Source of the DNA: Octopus sinensis
Lineage: Eukaryota
Length of the DNA: 64,000 nt
Direction of reading: 5' to 3'
NCBI RefSeq assembly: GCF_006345805.1
Contig: NC_043014.1
Span: 44,888,001-44,952,000, forward strand
Made by a program: the position numbers and the translations under genes. Below are positions 52,223-64,000 of the stretch, one piece after another (position 1 is the first letter of the stretch; the number at the start of each line of letters is the position of its first letter). Below the pieces are notes generated by a model, which was not told where the DNA came from, searched no databases, and saw nothing but the letters and a program-made list of their open reading frames with translations.

Positions 52223-52273
<51 letters not shown>

Positions 52274-52653
52274 ACACACACATAGATACATATATATCAT
52301 CATTTAATATCCATTGTCCATTTTCCTATGCTTGCATGGGTCAAGAATTTGTTGAGGTAGATTTTCTATGGCCAGATACCCTTCCTATTGCAAACTCTGA
52401 TCTATTTCCAAGCAAGGTAATATTTTCCCATAGCTAGAGATTTTTTTCATGAAAGACTAAACAAACCTTATTTGTATGACAATGGTGCTCATTTACAATC
52501 ATTATGTGATGTCTTATCATAGGTACACACAAACACACATATGCATAAGTATATATGATGTGCTTATTTCAGTTTCTGTACCAAATCCACTCACAAGGCT
52601 TCACTTGACTAGAGACTATAGTAGAAGACATATATATATATGTGTATATATAT

Positions 52654-52687
<34 letters not shown>

Positions 52688-52737
52688 AGTCTCACCCATG
52701 CTAGCATGGAAAGCAGATGTTAAACAATGATGATGAT

Positions 52738-52778
<41 letters not shown>

Positions 52779-53721
52779 TAGTAATGATGGAGGCTGAGAG
52801 TCACATTTGTGACTCAAACCTATGTCAACATCTATTACTTCCACTGCCTCTCCCCCCTCTTTTATCCCTATACTCTGTCGCTGATGCAACTAGAGATAAA
52901 AGTACACCTCTCCTATTCACCGTATCATACTGCCTGAGTACTGATGGCTTTGGCCCTGGCCACTTACTGATGCTCACTTTCTCCTCTCTTAACTGTAACA
53001 TTCTCTATTTACCATAACAAGAGGTAGTACAGGACATACCTCTGCATCTAGTGGATAATCCTTATCCACTATCCTCAACTCACAAACTCACCAATGTCCA
53101 CCTTTATTACTATCCATCTCTCCTCTCCGTCTACCACCCTCTTGCCCTAAAAGTGTGTTTTTATCATTGTATTCTTGCTCCTTCCACCCAACAATCCTGG
53201 TTCTTTTTCTGTCATCAGTCTTGATATTATAAGCCATTAAGTTCTGTGTCATGAGGAAATGAACACTTCACAGAATAGTGAAGACTTTTTTTTCTCACAG
53301 AGTACAAGGCAACCTCACCAATGCCTGTGCCTAGTAAAATGTACCCAGTACACACTTCAAGGTGGTTGACGAACAAGGAGAGATGATGCTGAGTCAATAG
53401 TACCCTTTAGTGATGTCAAGGACATGACTACACCTCTACTGCTATTGTCATAAAATATGTCCATTACACCCACAAAATACATGGTTAAGTGGTTGATAAC
53501 AAAAAGGGTATCCACCCATGGACAAAAAGTCAAAAATAGAAATGTGTAAGTGATACGACTGACCTCTGAAACATCTCATATATGTGTGTGCACATGCATG
53601 TGTGCCTGGAGGAGGACATTAATTCTGAATAAGAATTGACTGGGATTGTAGTCACCTGCTCAACCCTTGCAAGCATGAAAAGTAGACACAAAAGGATGAT
53701 CATACATACATACATACATAG

Positions 53722-54020
53722 GAGCACTCCGTCAGTTGCAACGACAAGGGTCCCAGCTGATACGATTAACGGAACAGCTTGCTGGTGAAATTAACGTGCA
53801 AGTGGCTGAGAACTCCACAAACACATGTACCCTTAACATAGTTCTCAGAGAGATTCAGTGTGACACAGTGAGTGACAAAGCCGACCCTTTGAAATACAGG
53901 TACTACTCATTTTTGCCAGCTGAGTGGACTGGAGCAACGTGAAATAAAGTGTCTTGCTCAAGGACACAACGCGTCGCCGGGAATTGAACTCATGACCTTA
54001 CGATCATGAGCTGAATACAT
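53722..54020 (-). mobile_element. tRNA-derived SINE, family E, with CORE-like segment
   Basis: Minus strand: gagttcaattcccggcgac...tgtgtccttgagcaagacacttt. CORE-domain resemblance is from memory. Confidence 0.6.
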
Positions 54021-55404
54021 AAATAAATAAATAAATACACATATTTATGAGTTAGTAATGGAAGGATGGGCACCACTTGTATGCCCATATCCTTTGAAGT
54101 CTCTCTCAGACTGATGAATCTCATGCCAAATTTGAAAATTATACACACTAAAATATGAAGACATACATTTAAGATACTTTACAATTCACTTCATTGCAAT
54201 TGTCAAATCAATGTTTCGGAATTCAAGCACCACTGCATTCACTGAATGGAAAAGTGATGCAACAAAGGGTACTGAAAAGGGATTTTGGCTGTATATTTAA
54301 ATCATAGTAGTTTATTTGAATAACAAGCTGGAAATAATTAGGTACAAAGGTAAAAATCAATTGACTTAACCTTAGCATATTACTGGTACTTTTCATTTCT
54401 ACCCCACTGCCATCTCAGAAAGATGAAACACTGGGAGAGTATGAAGAACTAAACTAGATATTGTACAACAAACATTCCAAGTATCTAATTTAGTTCTCCA
54501 CTCTTTATACCAACTCCAACAACAACAACAATGATTCCTAATTAAGGTACAAGAAAGAGGACAAGTTTATGATATTGTGGCTAAGAAGGGAGGAGGGTGG
54601 GTGGGTATAGGAAATTAAATTGACACCTGTATTTGACTGGTAATTATTTTGCCTATGATAGGAAGATGAAAGACAATGCTAAGCTTAAGAAATGATGCAG
54701 GGAGAAAAGAAATGTAAAGCAAATACCACAAGGTGTTTAGCTTAGCATTTAGCAAAAAGTGGCAACAACATCAACAGCAACAATGCAACGGCAACACTCT
54801 TGAGATAATCTCTTCAAAGAAAATGAAGTTAAGATTTTCAACAGCTTAAATATAGAAGTGGGATATCATGGACTCACACATAATAGCTTTTTTTTTTTTA
54901 ACATCTAACAATAAAAAATTTGCAGAAAACAAACGAAACAAGGAACCAAGAACCAGAATAAGACAAGAACAAGAAAAATAACAAAAAAAGATTAATATTG
55001 TGCTGTAAAGCGGCCTCCCTTTAAAAGGGAGCAATACTATTGACAGAGTTGGATCAAATCAAATTACTTATACACAACCTTGTTGCTCAATAGTGGTGAT
55101 TGGTTTTGAATAGACACGGCTTATATTGAAAAGAGAGAACGTATCTAGTTGGTTGCATTGATTTTACTGTATATATATATCTAATACGTTTAGAAAGTCT
55201 ACTTACAGGATGCAAAGTAGAATTGACCCTGGGAGGTTTAAACTCAGGACAGATGCATTGAATCAGATAGAAAAATGTAATAATTCAGCTCTGTAGAATT
55301 AGTTCTCTCCAAGACAAAACCATTATTTTTCTTAATTCTAAGTCATTTACAGAATTATTATTTATATAATTTTAACATAAAATTTCCAAGTTATTATTAA
55401 GTGT

Positions 55405-55458
<54 letters not shown>

Positions 55459-55627
55459 TATATATATATACATATATATGAAAGACAGTAACTCAGATTT
55501 TTAAATGATTGTTTATTATTAATATTTTAATTATTTATAATTATTTATCTTCTTGTTGTGTATAAGTATTCATAGGAAAAAAAATAATAAATAGTATCAT
55601 TTATTTCAAAGTAATTTATCATCTGAC

Positions 55628-55678
55628 CTGTGTCTCTGCCTGGTCAGCTTCACCTTGCTCAGTTTCAAGAGTGTGTTC
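55628..55678 (-). CDS. Small internal exon (EHTLETEQGEADQAETQ)
   Basis: Long poly-pyrimidine tract ttttttttcttttttttttcatattctcag|GAA; donor CAG|gtcaga; 51 nt, phase 0-0. Acidic composition matches the other exons. Confidence 0.72.
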
Positions 55679-58008
55679 CTGAGAATATGAAAAAAAAAGA
55701 AAAAAAACCATGCAGCAAGCAATTAGTAAGGAGTGTTAGGTAAAAGATTAAAAATAAAACACTCAAAATATTTTTTTTTTAAATATCCGACACAAAATAG
55801 AAAAATAAATAAACAAACAAAATAGAGAAAAGGAGAAACTTGAAAGGTAATTCTGAAAGAGATAATGCAAATTGGAAGTTAAATATTTCCACCTGAAATT
55901 CTTTATTTGTTTCTTTATTTAGAATCTGCGTACCTCTGAGAATTACTGTGTAAGGCTACAGGCTGAAGGCCACCGGTCCAAATCCTGGCTCTGTGTCAAT
56001 CAGTATCAAAATAATTAGTTTGGTTCATCCAGACACAGACCAGGAAGCACTGCGTAGGTAATGGCTTTTTCAGAAGATTGCAATGCTGAGTTCAAGTCTT
56101 CCTTTGAGCCAAGTGTAGGTAAAAAGGAAATCACAGATTCTTCAAATTCACAGGATCATTTGTGATTTACTTTCTGTGTGGTACAGATAGTAATACAAAC
56201 AAGAAGAAATATTTGTGCGTGTGTGTGTGTGTGTGCACATGCATGTGTGTGTAAATGGTGAATTCTCTGTCAGTGTTGACACTGAACATTCCTTTGATCA
56301 ACTCATGAAATTAACCCATTATCTGCCAAATTTTTTAATTCATACTCTTTGGCCTTGCCAGGTGGCTTAGGAATTAAAATAATACATAGTATTTAAATTT
56401 TCTCCATATGTGAATTATTTCGGAAATCATGATAAATTCTTTGAAAAGTCCTACATGGGGATTGCTGAAAAAAAAGCATATTTATCCTTTTCTATTCGAT
56501 TGCAATAATAAACATTTTAGTTATTTTGAAACTATAGTATCAAATGCAAATGTGTATGAAATATCAATAAATGATATAGATGGGAAATGCAGAAAAAAAT
56601 AGTTTTCAAAACAGTCAATATTTTTGTAATTCAAAAATTGCAATTTATGTCCTCTAGAATTAACCAGAGCTAAGAATGGCAAACTTTTAACTATTAAATA
56701 TTGTTAAACACACCTCTGCAAATGCAATGTACATAAGCAATTTACTTGAAATACAACGAACAACCAGCAGTGAGACTGTTTTTAACAGATCCTCAAATGG
56801 GGCTCAGGGCAGGCAATGGGTTAATGTGTAAGTAGATGAGTATTCCAAGACATTTGTACCCTTAACACAATTCTGAGGCTGAATCAATGACAATATGACA
56901 TGGCTAGACCTTTAAAGAGAGAGAAAGAGCGAGAGGGGAGAGAATTGGAGAAGAGACAGGGAGGAGCTGATATCCCTTCCCCCAGTAAACAGCTGATGTT
57001 GGTGGTATTTGAACTCAGTTTGCACAGTGCTGATATGTAAACTGATTAGTTGTATCAGACACTAACAATTTTGCCAATTCGCTGACTGTAAGCAAGCGTA
57101 CACATATTTTGACATATATTCACCTTTACATATTCTCTCTCTCTCTCTCACACGCATACAGGTTGGAGGTAAAGAAAAAACTGTAAGAAAAGACCCAACT
57201 TTGTAAAGATAGTTTTAGACAGTACTAATGGAATATATTAATTTGAAGTAAGACTGTGTTCCCTCCACCTCCTTTCATTTTAAAATTTTAATGTCAAACA
57301 ATACAAATAATGCATCAATAATAATACATATAAATATAGTTATATTTAAGTATCTGGCTCTCAACATTAACAGCTGCACTTACGTGAGCATATTAAAAAA
57401 GTATGTAAAAAATTTTATCCTAAGAATATAAGTTCTATATGTTACCAAACGTCATTTTCTTGATGTAGAAACAATTTTACATAACACAAAATAGATATAT
57501 TTTTACTTGTCATATTCTGTAAAACAATCTATGTATTAATACATATGTGTGTATGAGAGTGTGCATGTGTATGTGAGAATGTGCATAAGGGTATATATAT
57601 ATACACACATACAGCAGGCTTCCTGCAATTTCCATCAACCAAATTTCATTACATGGCATTGCATATACCAGGGCTATAGTAGAAGACACTTAACCAAGGT
57701 GCCTCTCAGCAAGACTGAACCTGAATCCACATGGTTGCAAAGTGGACATCTAAACCATACAACAATATACAAGTATGTGAATATATATCTATGTATATTA
57801 AATACACACACACACACACACATTATGCAGTTTGTTTTACATTAGTTTTCCATGCTAGCATGGGTTAGACAGGGACTTATTTTGATGTAGCATTTTACAA
57901 CTGGGTGATCTTATTTTTAACTTTTTACTATTTTTCAGCTAAGGGATTTCTTTATTTCAGTGGTCTTTGAAAGTACAGAGAAACTGGTTGTAAAATCAAG
58001 AAATTTAA

Positions 58009-58229
58009 CCCTTTCATTACCAACCCGGCTGAAACCGGCTCTGGCTCTGAGTACTAAATGTCTTGTTTTTATAAGTTTTGAATTAAAATCTTCCACCAAA
58101 CCTTAGTCACAATATATTTTCCTAACACTAGTTGAATGATAACTAAGTTATTTTATTAAATTCTTTGTTATATTTAAAGTAATTGAAAGAAACACAGAGC
58201 ATCTCAAAATAAATACAGTAATGAAAGGG
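58009..58229. mobile_element. piggyBac-like MITE
   Basis: TTAA flanks; CCCTTTCATTAC / GTAATGAAAGGG TIRs. Confidence 0.8.
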
Positions 58230-58301
58230 TTAAACATTATCTTACTGTTTCACTCAGGCAGCCACAAGTGAAGACATGTAATGTCAACATTTGCACAACA
58301 T

Positions 58302-58335
<34 letters not shown>

Positions 58336-58619
58336 TTACGACAGTTTTCCATACCGTTTCTGTCTACCAATTCCATTCACAAGGCACTGGTTGACCTGGA
58401 GTTATATCAGAAGATACTTGCCCAGAGTCAGGCAGTGTGTGTGTGTGTGTGTGAGGATGAAGAGGATCAAGAGAGACTGTGATCAGAGAATCAGAATCTA
58501 TGAGAGGCCTGGAAATTACATCACAAATAATGATGCAACTGCTTTATATGCACATGACTAAAAGTCTAACAATTTACCAATGACTGGCAGGCTGTTTCTT
58601 GAGAATATTAAGAACATAT

Positions 58620-58915
58620 GAAGTCATGCTGATTCCATGGAATACGCTTGTTTTCTGTTGTCAGTATTAGTGCTTCTGGTGTGAAGCTCGCCACTGAAGT
58701 GGAAGCAATCCAAAAGTTGTACAGAAAAACATGCATCAGCTTAGCATGTATCAGCTTATGCAACTGGGGAAAGTTGAAAGTTCTAAGACTCTGTTCCATA
58801 GTGCGCGGTAAAAAAATAAATAACATGAAAATCTTGATATGACTAGCATCAAACTTTGGCATTGAAAGCTGTGCGAATCTATGAATTGGCTGCTGCCACA
58901 TTGTGTCTTCTCTTT
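58620..58915 (+). mobile_element. Decayed CR1/L2-group LINE 3' ORF fragment
   Basis: Plus translation VKLATEVEAIQKLY...WGKLKVLRLCS...NFGIESC resembles LEAIQRR...WERLK.L.LYSL...PNFGI. Confidence 0.55.
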
Positions 58916-59030
58916 GTGAACTTAACATTTGATACTGCAATAGCTTGGAGTTGAAACAACCATAGTTTCTCCTCAGTATTTAAGTTATTTGATCAACTGA
59001 AATATATAAACTCATTATATATATTACTCT

Positions 59031-59253
59031 ACTCTTTTACTCTTTTACTTGTTTCAGTCATTTGACTGCGGCCATGCTGGAGCACTGTCTTTAATCGAGC
59101 AACTCGACCCCGGCACTTATTCTTTTGTAAGCCCAGTACTTATTCTATCAGTCTCTTTTGCTGAACCGCTAGGTAACGGGGTCATAAACACACCAGCATC
59201 GGTTGTCAAGCAATGCTAGGGGGACAAACACAGACACACAAACACACACACGC

Positions 59254-59286
<33 letters not shown>

Positions 59287-59451
59287 TACGATGGGCTTCT
59301 TTCAGTTTCCGTCTACCAAATCCACTCACAAGGCTTTGGTCGGCCCAAGGCTATAATAGAAGACACTTGCCCAAAGTGCCACGCAGTGGGACTGAACCTG
59401 GAACCATGTGGTTGGTAAACAAGCTACTTACCACACAGCCACTCCTGCGCC
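59031..59451 (-). mobile_element. tRNA-derived SINE, family A (full length, minus)
   Basis: Reverse complement of 11093-11473. Confidence 0.85.
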
Positions 59452-61289
59452 TATTATAGTGTTTTTGTTATTTAGGTACCTATGTAATTGTGAACAGATA
59501 TAGACACCTTCTTGGGGTCCCTCACCTTCAACCCAGTGGATCATCTAGGATGTGATAGCTAAAGAGAGAGAGAGGGCTAAAATGAGCAGCCTTGAATGGA
59601 ATGCTTTTTTCAAGGAGACAGTGCACTGCCTGGTTCAAGAATTCATTATTTATTTATTCATAAAATTTATCAAATCTTTACATCAAAACTATGTTTGATA
59701 CATATATGATGGATCTTGCATTACAGTGTAAGTAAAGGATGAGCATTCCACTGATACCTGCTTGTTTAATGTAAAGTAAGTAGGTAGAGTCAGTGTGACA
59801 TTGTATCTAGACTAGCCCTTTAAATTACAAGCATAGAACATCCTACAGGCTTCCTTGTACTTCCTGTCTATGCAATTTTAAGTCTCACAAGGCTTGAGCC
59901 CTCCTCAGGCTTTGGTAGAGAATATTTGTCCAAAGTGCTACATACGTTCAGATCAAACATGACGGTTGCATGATTGCAAAGTAAACTTCTAAATTACACA
60001 GCCATGCCTGTGTCTGCATGCATCCACACATACAAACATACAGATGTACATATACATGAATGGCAGAATTGATAGAGTGTTGGACACGTGCCATGTGGTA
60101 TTTTGTATGTCTTTTTAAATTCTAAATCCAAATCTCACTAAGGTTCGATTTGCCTTACATCATCTTTTCAGAGTTGATAAGATAAGCACTGGGACCAGTG
60201 TAAGTGACAGTGCATTATTAAAAGGTAGTGTCTCAGCAATGACTGAACTATATATGAGTGCAAAGTGGGTGTACATCTCTATATAGCAGTATTAAACATC
60301 CAGACAACAATCAGAGTAGCACCTGTTCAACTACTTAAAATATTATTAACGAAGATACTATGAGCATTATAATAGTTATTCTCACATGAAGAATATTTGC
60401 CAACAATTGATTCTCACTAAACTACTGATGTTTATTTCAAAACAAACAACACAAGAATAATAGAATTTTCCCTTTAAAAGTAATTCAAAACAAATTATAT
60501 GTTTAATTGGGCATATAATATTGAAAATATTTTTATTTCATTTTTAAAGCTATATTTATGAGTATTTATTTGTATATTTCTAGAGACATATTTTGAAATA
60601 TATTGGCAATGTTTTTTGTTTTCCATTTAGTTATTTTTGCTATAATTATGTATACTTTTATCATCACCTCTGTAGACAGATGATTAATTTTAATATCTTT
60701 ATCAGATGTCCGCTTTTCATCCCCCACCAACACACATCCATCCTTTTCCTCCACCCTCACATCCCACTCTCGTATAATAATTCAAGTTAATTCTGTTCAA
60801 ACAGTACAGTAGAATCTAACCCCGTAGTTAAAATGCACTCTAATAATAACACTTGACCACATCGTTAAATATACCAGGCTATGAAAATAGCCAACACGTT
60901 CTCTAATTATAAAAGAACAAAGAAATTATTATGACACCAGCCAGGTAATGATCTGTGATAGTAACTATGGGATATTAAAGATGAAAATAGTCACAACCCA
61001 CCCTTCACTCCCATTTCCCTGATTCATGTCCCCTTTTTTGTCTCTAACAAGATCACTACCTATTTAGAGACGATGTGCATATCTATCTATCATTCTTTTC
61101 TAATGAAGCACTAGCTTTCTCTTTACCTCACAACAGTTTACTCTACCTCCATTCGTTTCTTTTCTTCTTGACTTTCTTGCGTGTTACAAGGACATTCAAG
61201 ATAAATATTAGTTAGCAAATATATGTATGCATGTGTGTTTTGCACTTTTTGCAGAGGGTCATATTAGCAATGCCATGTACATGAAAGTA

Positions 61290-61683
61290 TCTCTCTATAT
61301 ATAAAGCTGAAGTTGTCTGTGTATGGCGGGTTTGGTAGCCTTCGGCTAACACTAGCTCCTCTGAGACCCTGCAGCGCAAGTTGACCAAAAATTGAGAGTA
61401 TGATAGAAGAAGGTTTGCTCTTCCTTCCGTAGAAGAAAAAATTCAAATCGGACCATGTTAACACCAAAAGTTATTTACATCAAAAAGGTGCATTTTTTTC
61501 TATGAAAATCCCTATTTTTTATGATTTTTTGACTGCCATGTTGCCATTTTTCGGTGTATTTCAACCAGAAAAATGTTCACTTAAAGAGAATAACAAGCTA
61601 CATAATGCAAAATTTTTACTTTTCAAAAATTCCAATTCTAAAGGGTCGAAACAAACCCGAGCAACGCCGGGTGATACTGCTAG
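61290..61683 (+). mobile_element. Non-autonomous Helitron, family 1
   Basis: Same sequence as 3340-3726; hairpin cccgagcaacgccggg then gatactgCTAG. Confidence 0.8.
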
Positions 61684-62390
61684 TTTATAATAAATGTTTC
61701 AACCAGAGATTTATGAATCGACATCCTTATCAACCTACAAACCAATATACATTCTCTATTCATTTCAAATCAATGCATGCTTTAAATACAGCTGTTAAAC
61801 AGCAAGTTTCTAATTACTTAGAATCATAGAACATAGCAACTTAAAAAATAGTAAACACTAGTTCTTTTAACACACACCAGATAAGTAAACAGTGGATAGA
61901 AAATACACACAAAATAAATAATATTAATAAAAGAACAGGACTCCCTCTAAAAAAATAAGCTTTAAAAGATTCCTTGAATTGAGTGGATCTGAATCTCTAA
62001 ATTCCTTGTTATTACATATATCTTAAAACAAAATTTGTGTGACCATTTTTTAACAGTGTCCATTTATATTTTCCAACTCAGTAAAATGTAATAGGTGAAG
62101 TAATTGTACTTTGAGGTAATTAAATATACTAAGTTAAAATTTAGGCACAGACACAAATAAAAGAAGAAAAAAAATGCTTAATGGTATAACTGTGCAATTC
62201 TCTACCAAGTAGACTACTGGAAAAATAAATCTTGTAAGTTTATTATAAAAGAAATTTCAATAAATAAAAAAGGCAGTGCTCCAGCATGGCTGCAGTCAAA
62301 TGACTGAAACAAGTAAAAGAATAAAAGAGGAACAGAAAAATAAGCTCAGAAAATGCTGATGTTTGAAGAAAGAAACATAAATCAAGTATA

Positions 62391-62616
62391 TATTTCTTTA
62401 TTGCCCACAAGGGGCTAAACGTAGAGGGGACAAACAAGGACAGACAAAGGGATTAAGTCGATTACATCAACCCCAGTGCAAAACTGGTACTTTATTTATC
62501 GACCCTGAAAGGATGAGAGGCAAAGTCGACCTCGGTGGAATTTGAACTCAGAACGTAACGGCAGACAAAATACGGCTACGCATTTCGCCCGGCGTGCTAA
62601 CGTTTCTGCCAGCTCG
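62391..62616 (-). mobile_element. SINE family C
   Basis: Homologous to 51022-51240. Older copies at about 7740-8060, 19500-19650, 36118-36290, 39700-39860 and 40372-40530. Confidence 0.8.
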
Positions 62617-63246
62617 GATTCTGCAGACAATTGGTAGAGCATTCACATCACAATATAGGACAAACTACCAACCTCCCTCTCTCCCTCTCATTCAGAACAA
62701 TATAGTTCCCCAACCTACTAGAAATAGCAGCCAGATCTCAATCTGCTAAACCTTACTGAAAATAAGACGGAATGGTTATGGTTTGAATAGAGCTGACTTT
62801 GGGATTGAACAGCAACAGCAACAACAACATGAGACTGCACTTGGATGCTGTGGCATAAGTTTTGGATGCTGTGTTCATAAAGTTTGAAAGTTTTTTGAAA
62901 ATTGGGTTGGAATGTTCTTCAAGCCTTTCCCAAAAGGATTAAGTGGTGAATGTAATGTGAGATGAAACTAACAAGGAGTCAAAAACTTAATTAGTAAGGA
63001 GTGTACTTCAAATTTATAGAACTCTCCTTGTCAGCATATAACATTACCTTCTAACCTTAGAATTTTGTGAGAGTGGGTGTGGTCAATGTAACTGCCAGCA
63101 CTACTGCCAAAGCTGTTACTTATCTTGTTGACCTCAGAAGAATGAAAGCAAAGTCGGTAGGATTTGAACTTCAAACATAAAGAAGCACCACTACAAATTA
63201 TTCACTGTTAAATCCTATTTTCTTTACACTCTCTTGTTTGTACACA

Positions 63247-63432
63247 GGCGCAGGAGTGGCTGTGTGGTAAGTAGCTTGTTTACCAACCACATGGTTCCGG
63301 GTTCAGTCCCACTGCGTGGCACCTTGGGCAAGTGTCTTCTACTATAGCCTCGGGCCGACCAAAGCCTTGTGAGTGGATTTGGTAGATGGAAACTGAAAAG
63401 AAGCCCGTCGTATATATATATATATATATATA
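63247..63432 (+). mobile_element. SINE family A 5' half, ending at a Helitron insertion
   Basis: Matches the head of the 11093 copy up to its (TA)n tract. Confidence 0.8.
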
Positions 63433-63830
63433 CTAGCAGTATCGCCCGGCGTTGCTCAGGTTTGTAAGGGAAATAACTATATAAGCATTTTTAGAGAGTT
63501 ATAGCCAAAAAATAGCAAAAAAATGCATTAAAAATTGAAAAAAAATTAAGGTAATTTTTTTTTTAAATCGTTGACACATCGTAGATATTTTTAGAGAGTT
63601 ACTTCCCTTATATAATAACGAAAAATATGCATTAAAATGGAAAAATATGATGGTAAATTTTTTTTAAATCGTAGACTCATTGTAGACGCGCGCTAATACC
63701 CAGAAGGGCTCGATATGAATCACGACTATAAGATACCCGCTTTTGGTTAAACTACACCGCAAAATGTGGGAGTAGTTACGAATCTAAATCGTAGGAGACA
63801 GACACACAACTTCACTCTTATATATAAAGA
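63433..63830 (-). mobile_element. Non-autonomous Helitron, family 2, inserted in the (TA)n of a SINE
   Basis: Reverse complement of the 20094 element plus an internal duplication of about 100 bp. Its CTAG end abuts the (TA)n of SINE 63247-63432. Confidence 0.75.
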
Positions 63831-63942
63831 TATAAGCCACGTAGTTATATACACATACTTTGTTATATACACATTCTTAAAAGAAAATGTTATTTTGAAC
63901 ACAACATTTACAAAGAATAAAATATTTTTTGGTTTTTCTTAA

Positions 63943-64000
63943 CCCTTTCGTTACTATATTTCTGACCAAAATACACCCCTTATGTGTTTCAATTAATTTC
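63943..64000. mobile_element. Start of a related TTAA-CCC MITE, cut by the window end
   Basis: ttaaCCCTTTCGTTAC terminus. Confidence 0.55.

Noticed and set aside
55920-56180. GC-richer patch with a gtacgc donor near exon 55678
   Set aside because: No continuous frame with a credible acceptor; all frames stop.
58608-58940. 110-aa minus-strand ORF
   Set aside because: Antisense of a decayed plus-strand LINE fragment.

Overview
AT-rich, repeat-dense eukaryotic DNA. The SINE, MITE and microsatellite complement looks like an octopus (coleoid cephalopod) genome; this is inferred from recalled repeat families, not a database search. Most of the window is intron of one minus-strand gene whose 5' end probably lies beyond position 64000. 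Five exons are well supported (55628-55678, 41331-41492, 37051-37652, 13139-14704, terminal 8535-8606), plus several small candidate exons. The protein is acidic and probably disordered. It has three acidic-leader IQ (calmodulin-binding) modules resembling Sp17, neurogranin and PEP-19, followed by a 1.57-kb exon with about 17-19 tandem 18-aa Ser-rich repeats. The 602-nt exon has a 1-nt frameshift, which may be an assembly error or a real allele. The introns hold several SINE families, decayed LINEs, non-autonomous Helitrons, piggyBac-, hAT- and Merlin-like MITEs, two fold-back palindromes and many microsatellites. I saw no rRNA, intact tRNA or CRISPR array. Most ORFs in the supplied track are microsatellite or repeat artefacts. 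All splice calls were made by eye and need RNA-seq.
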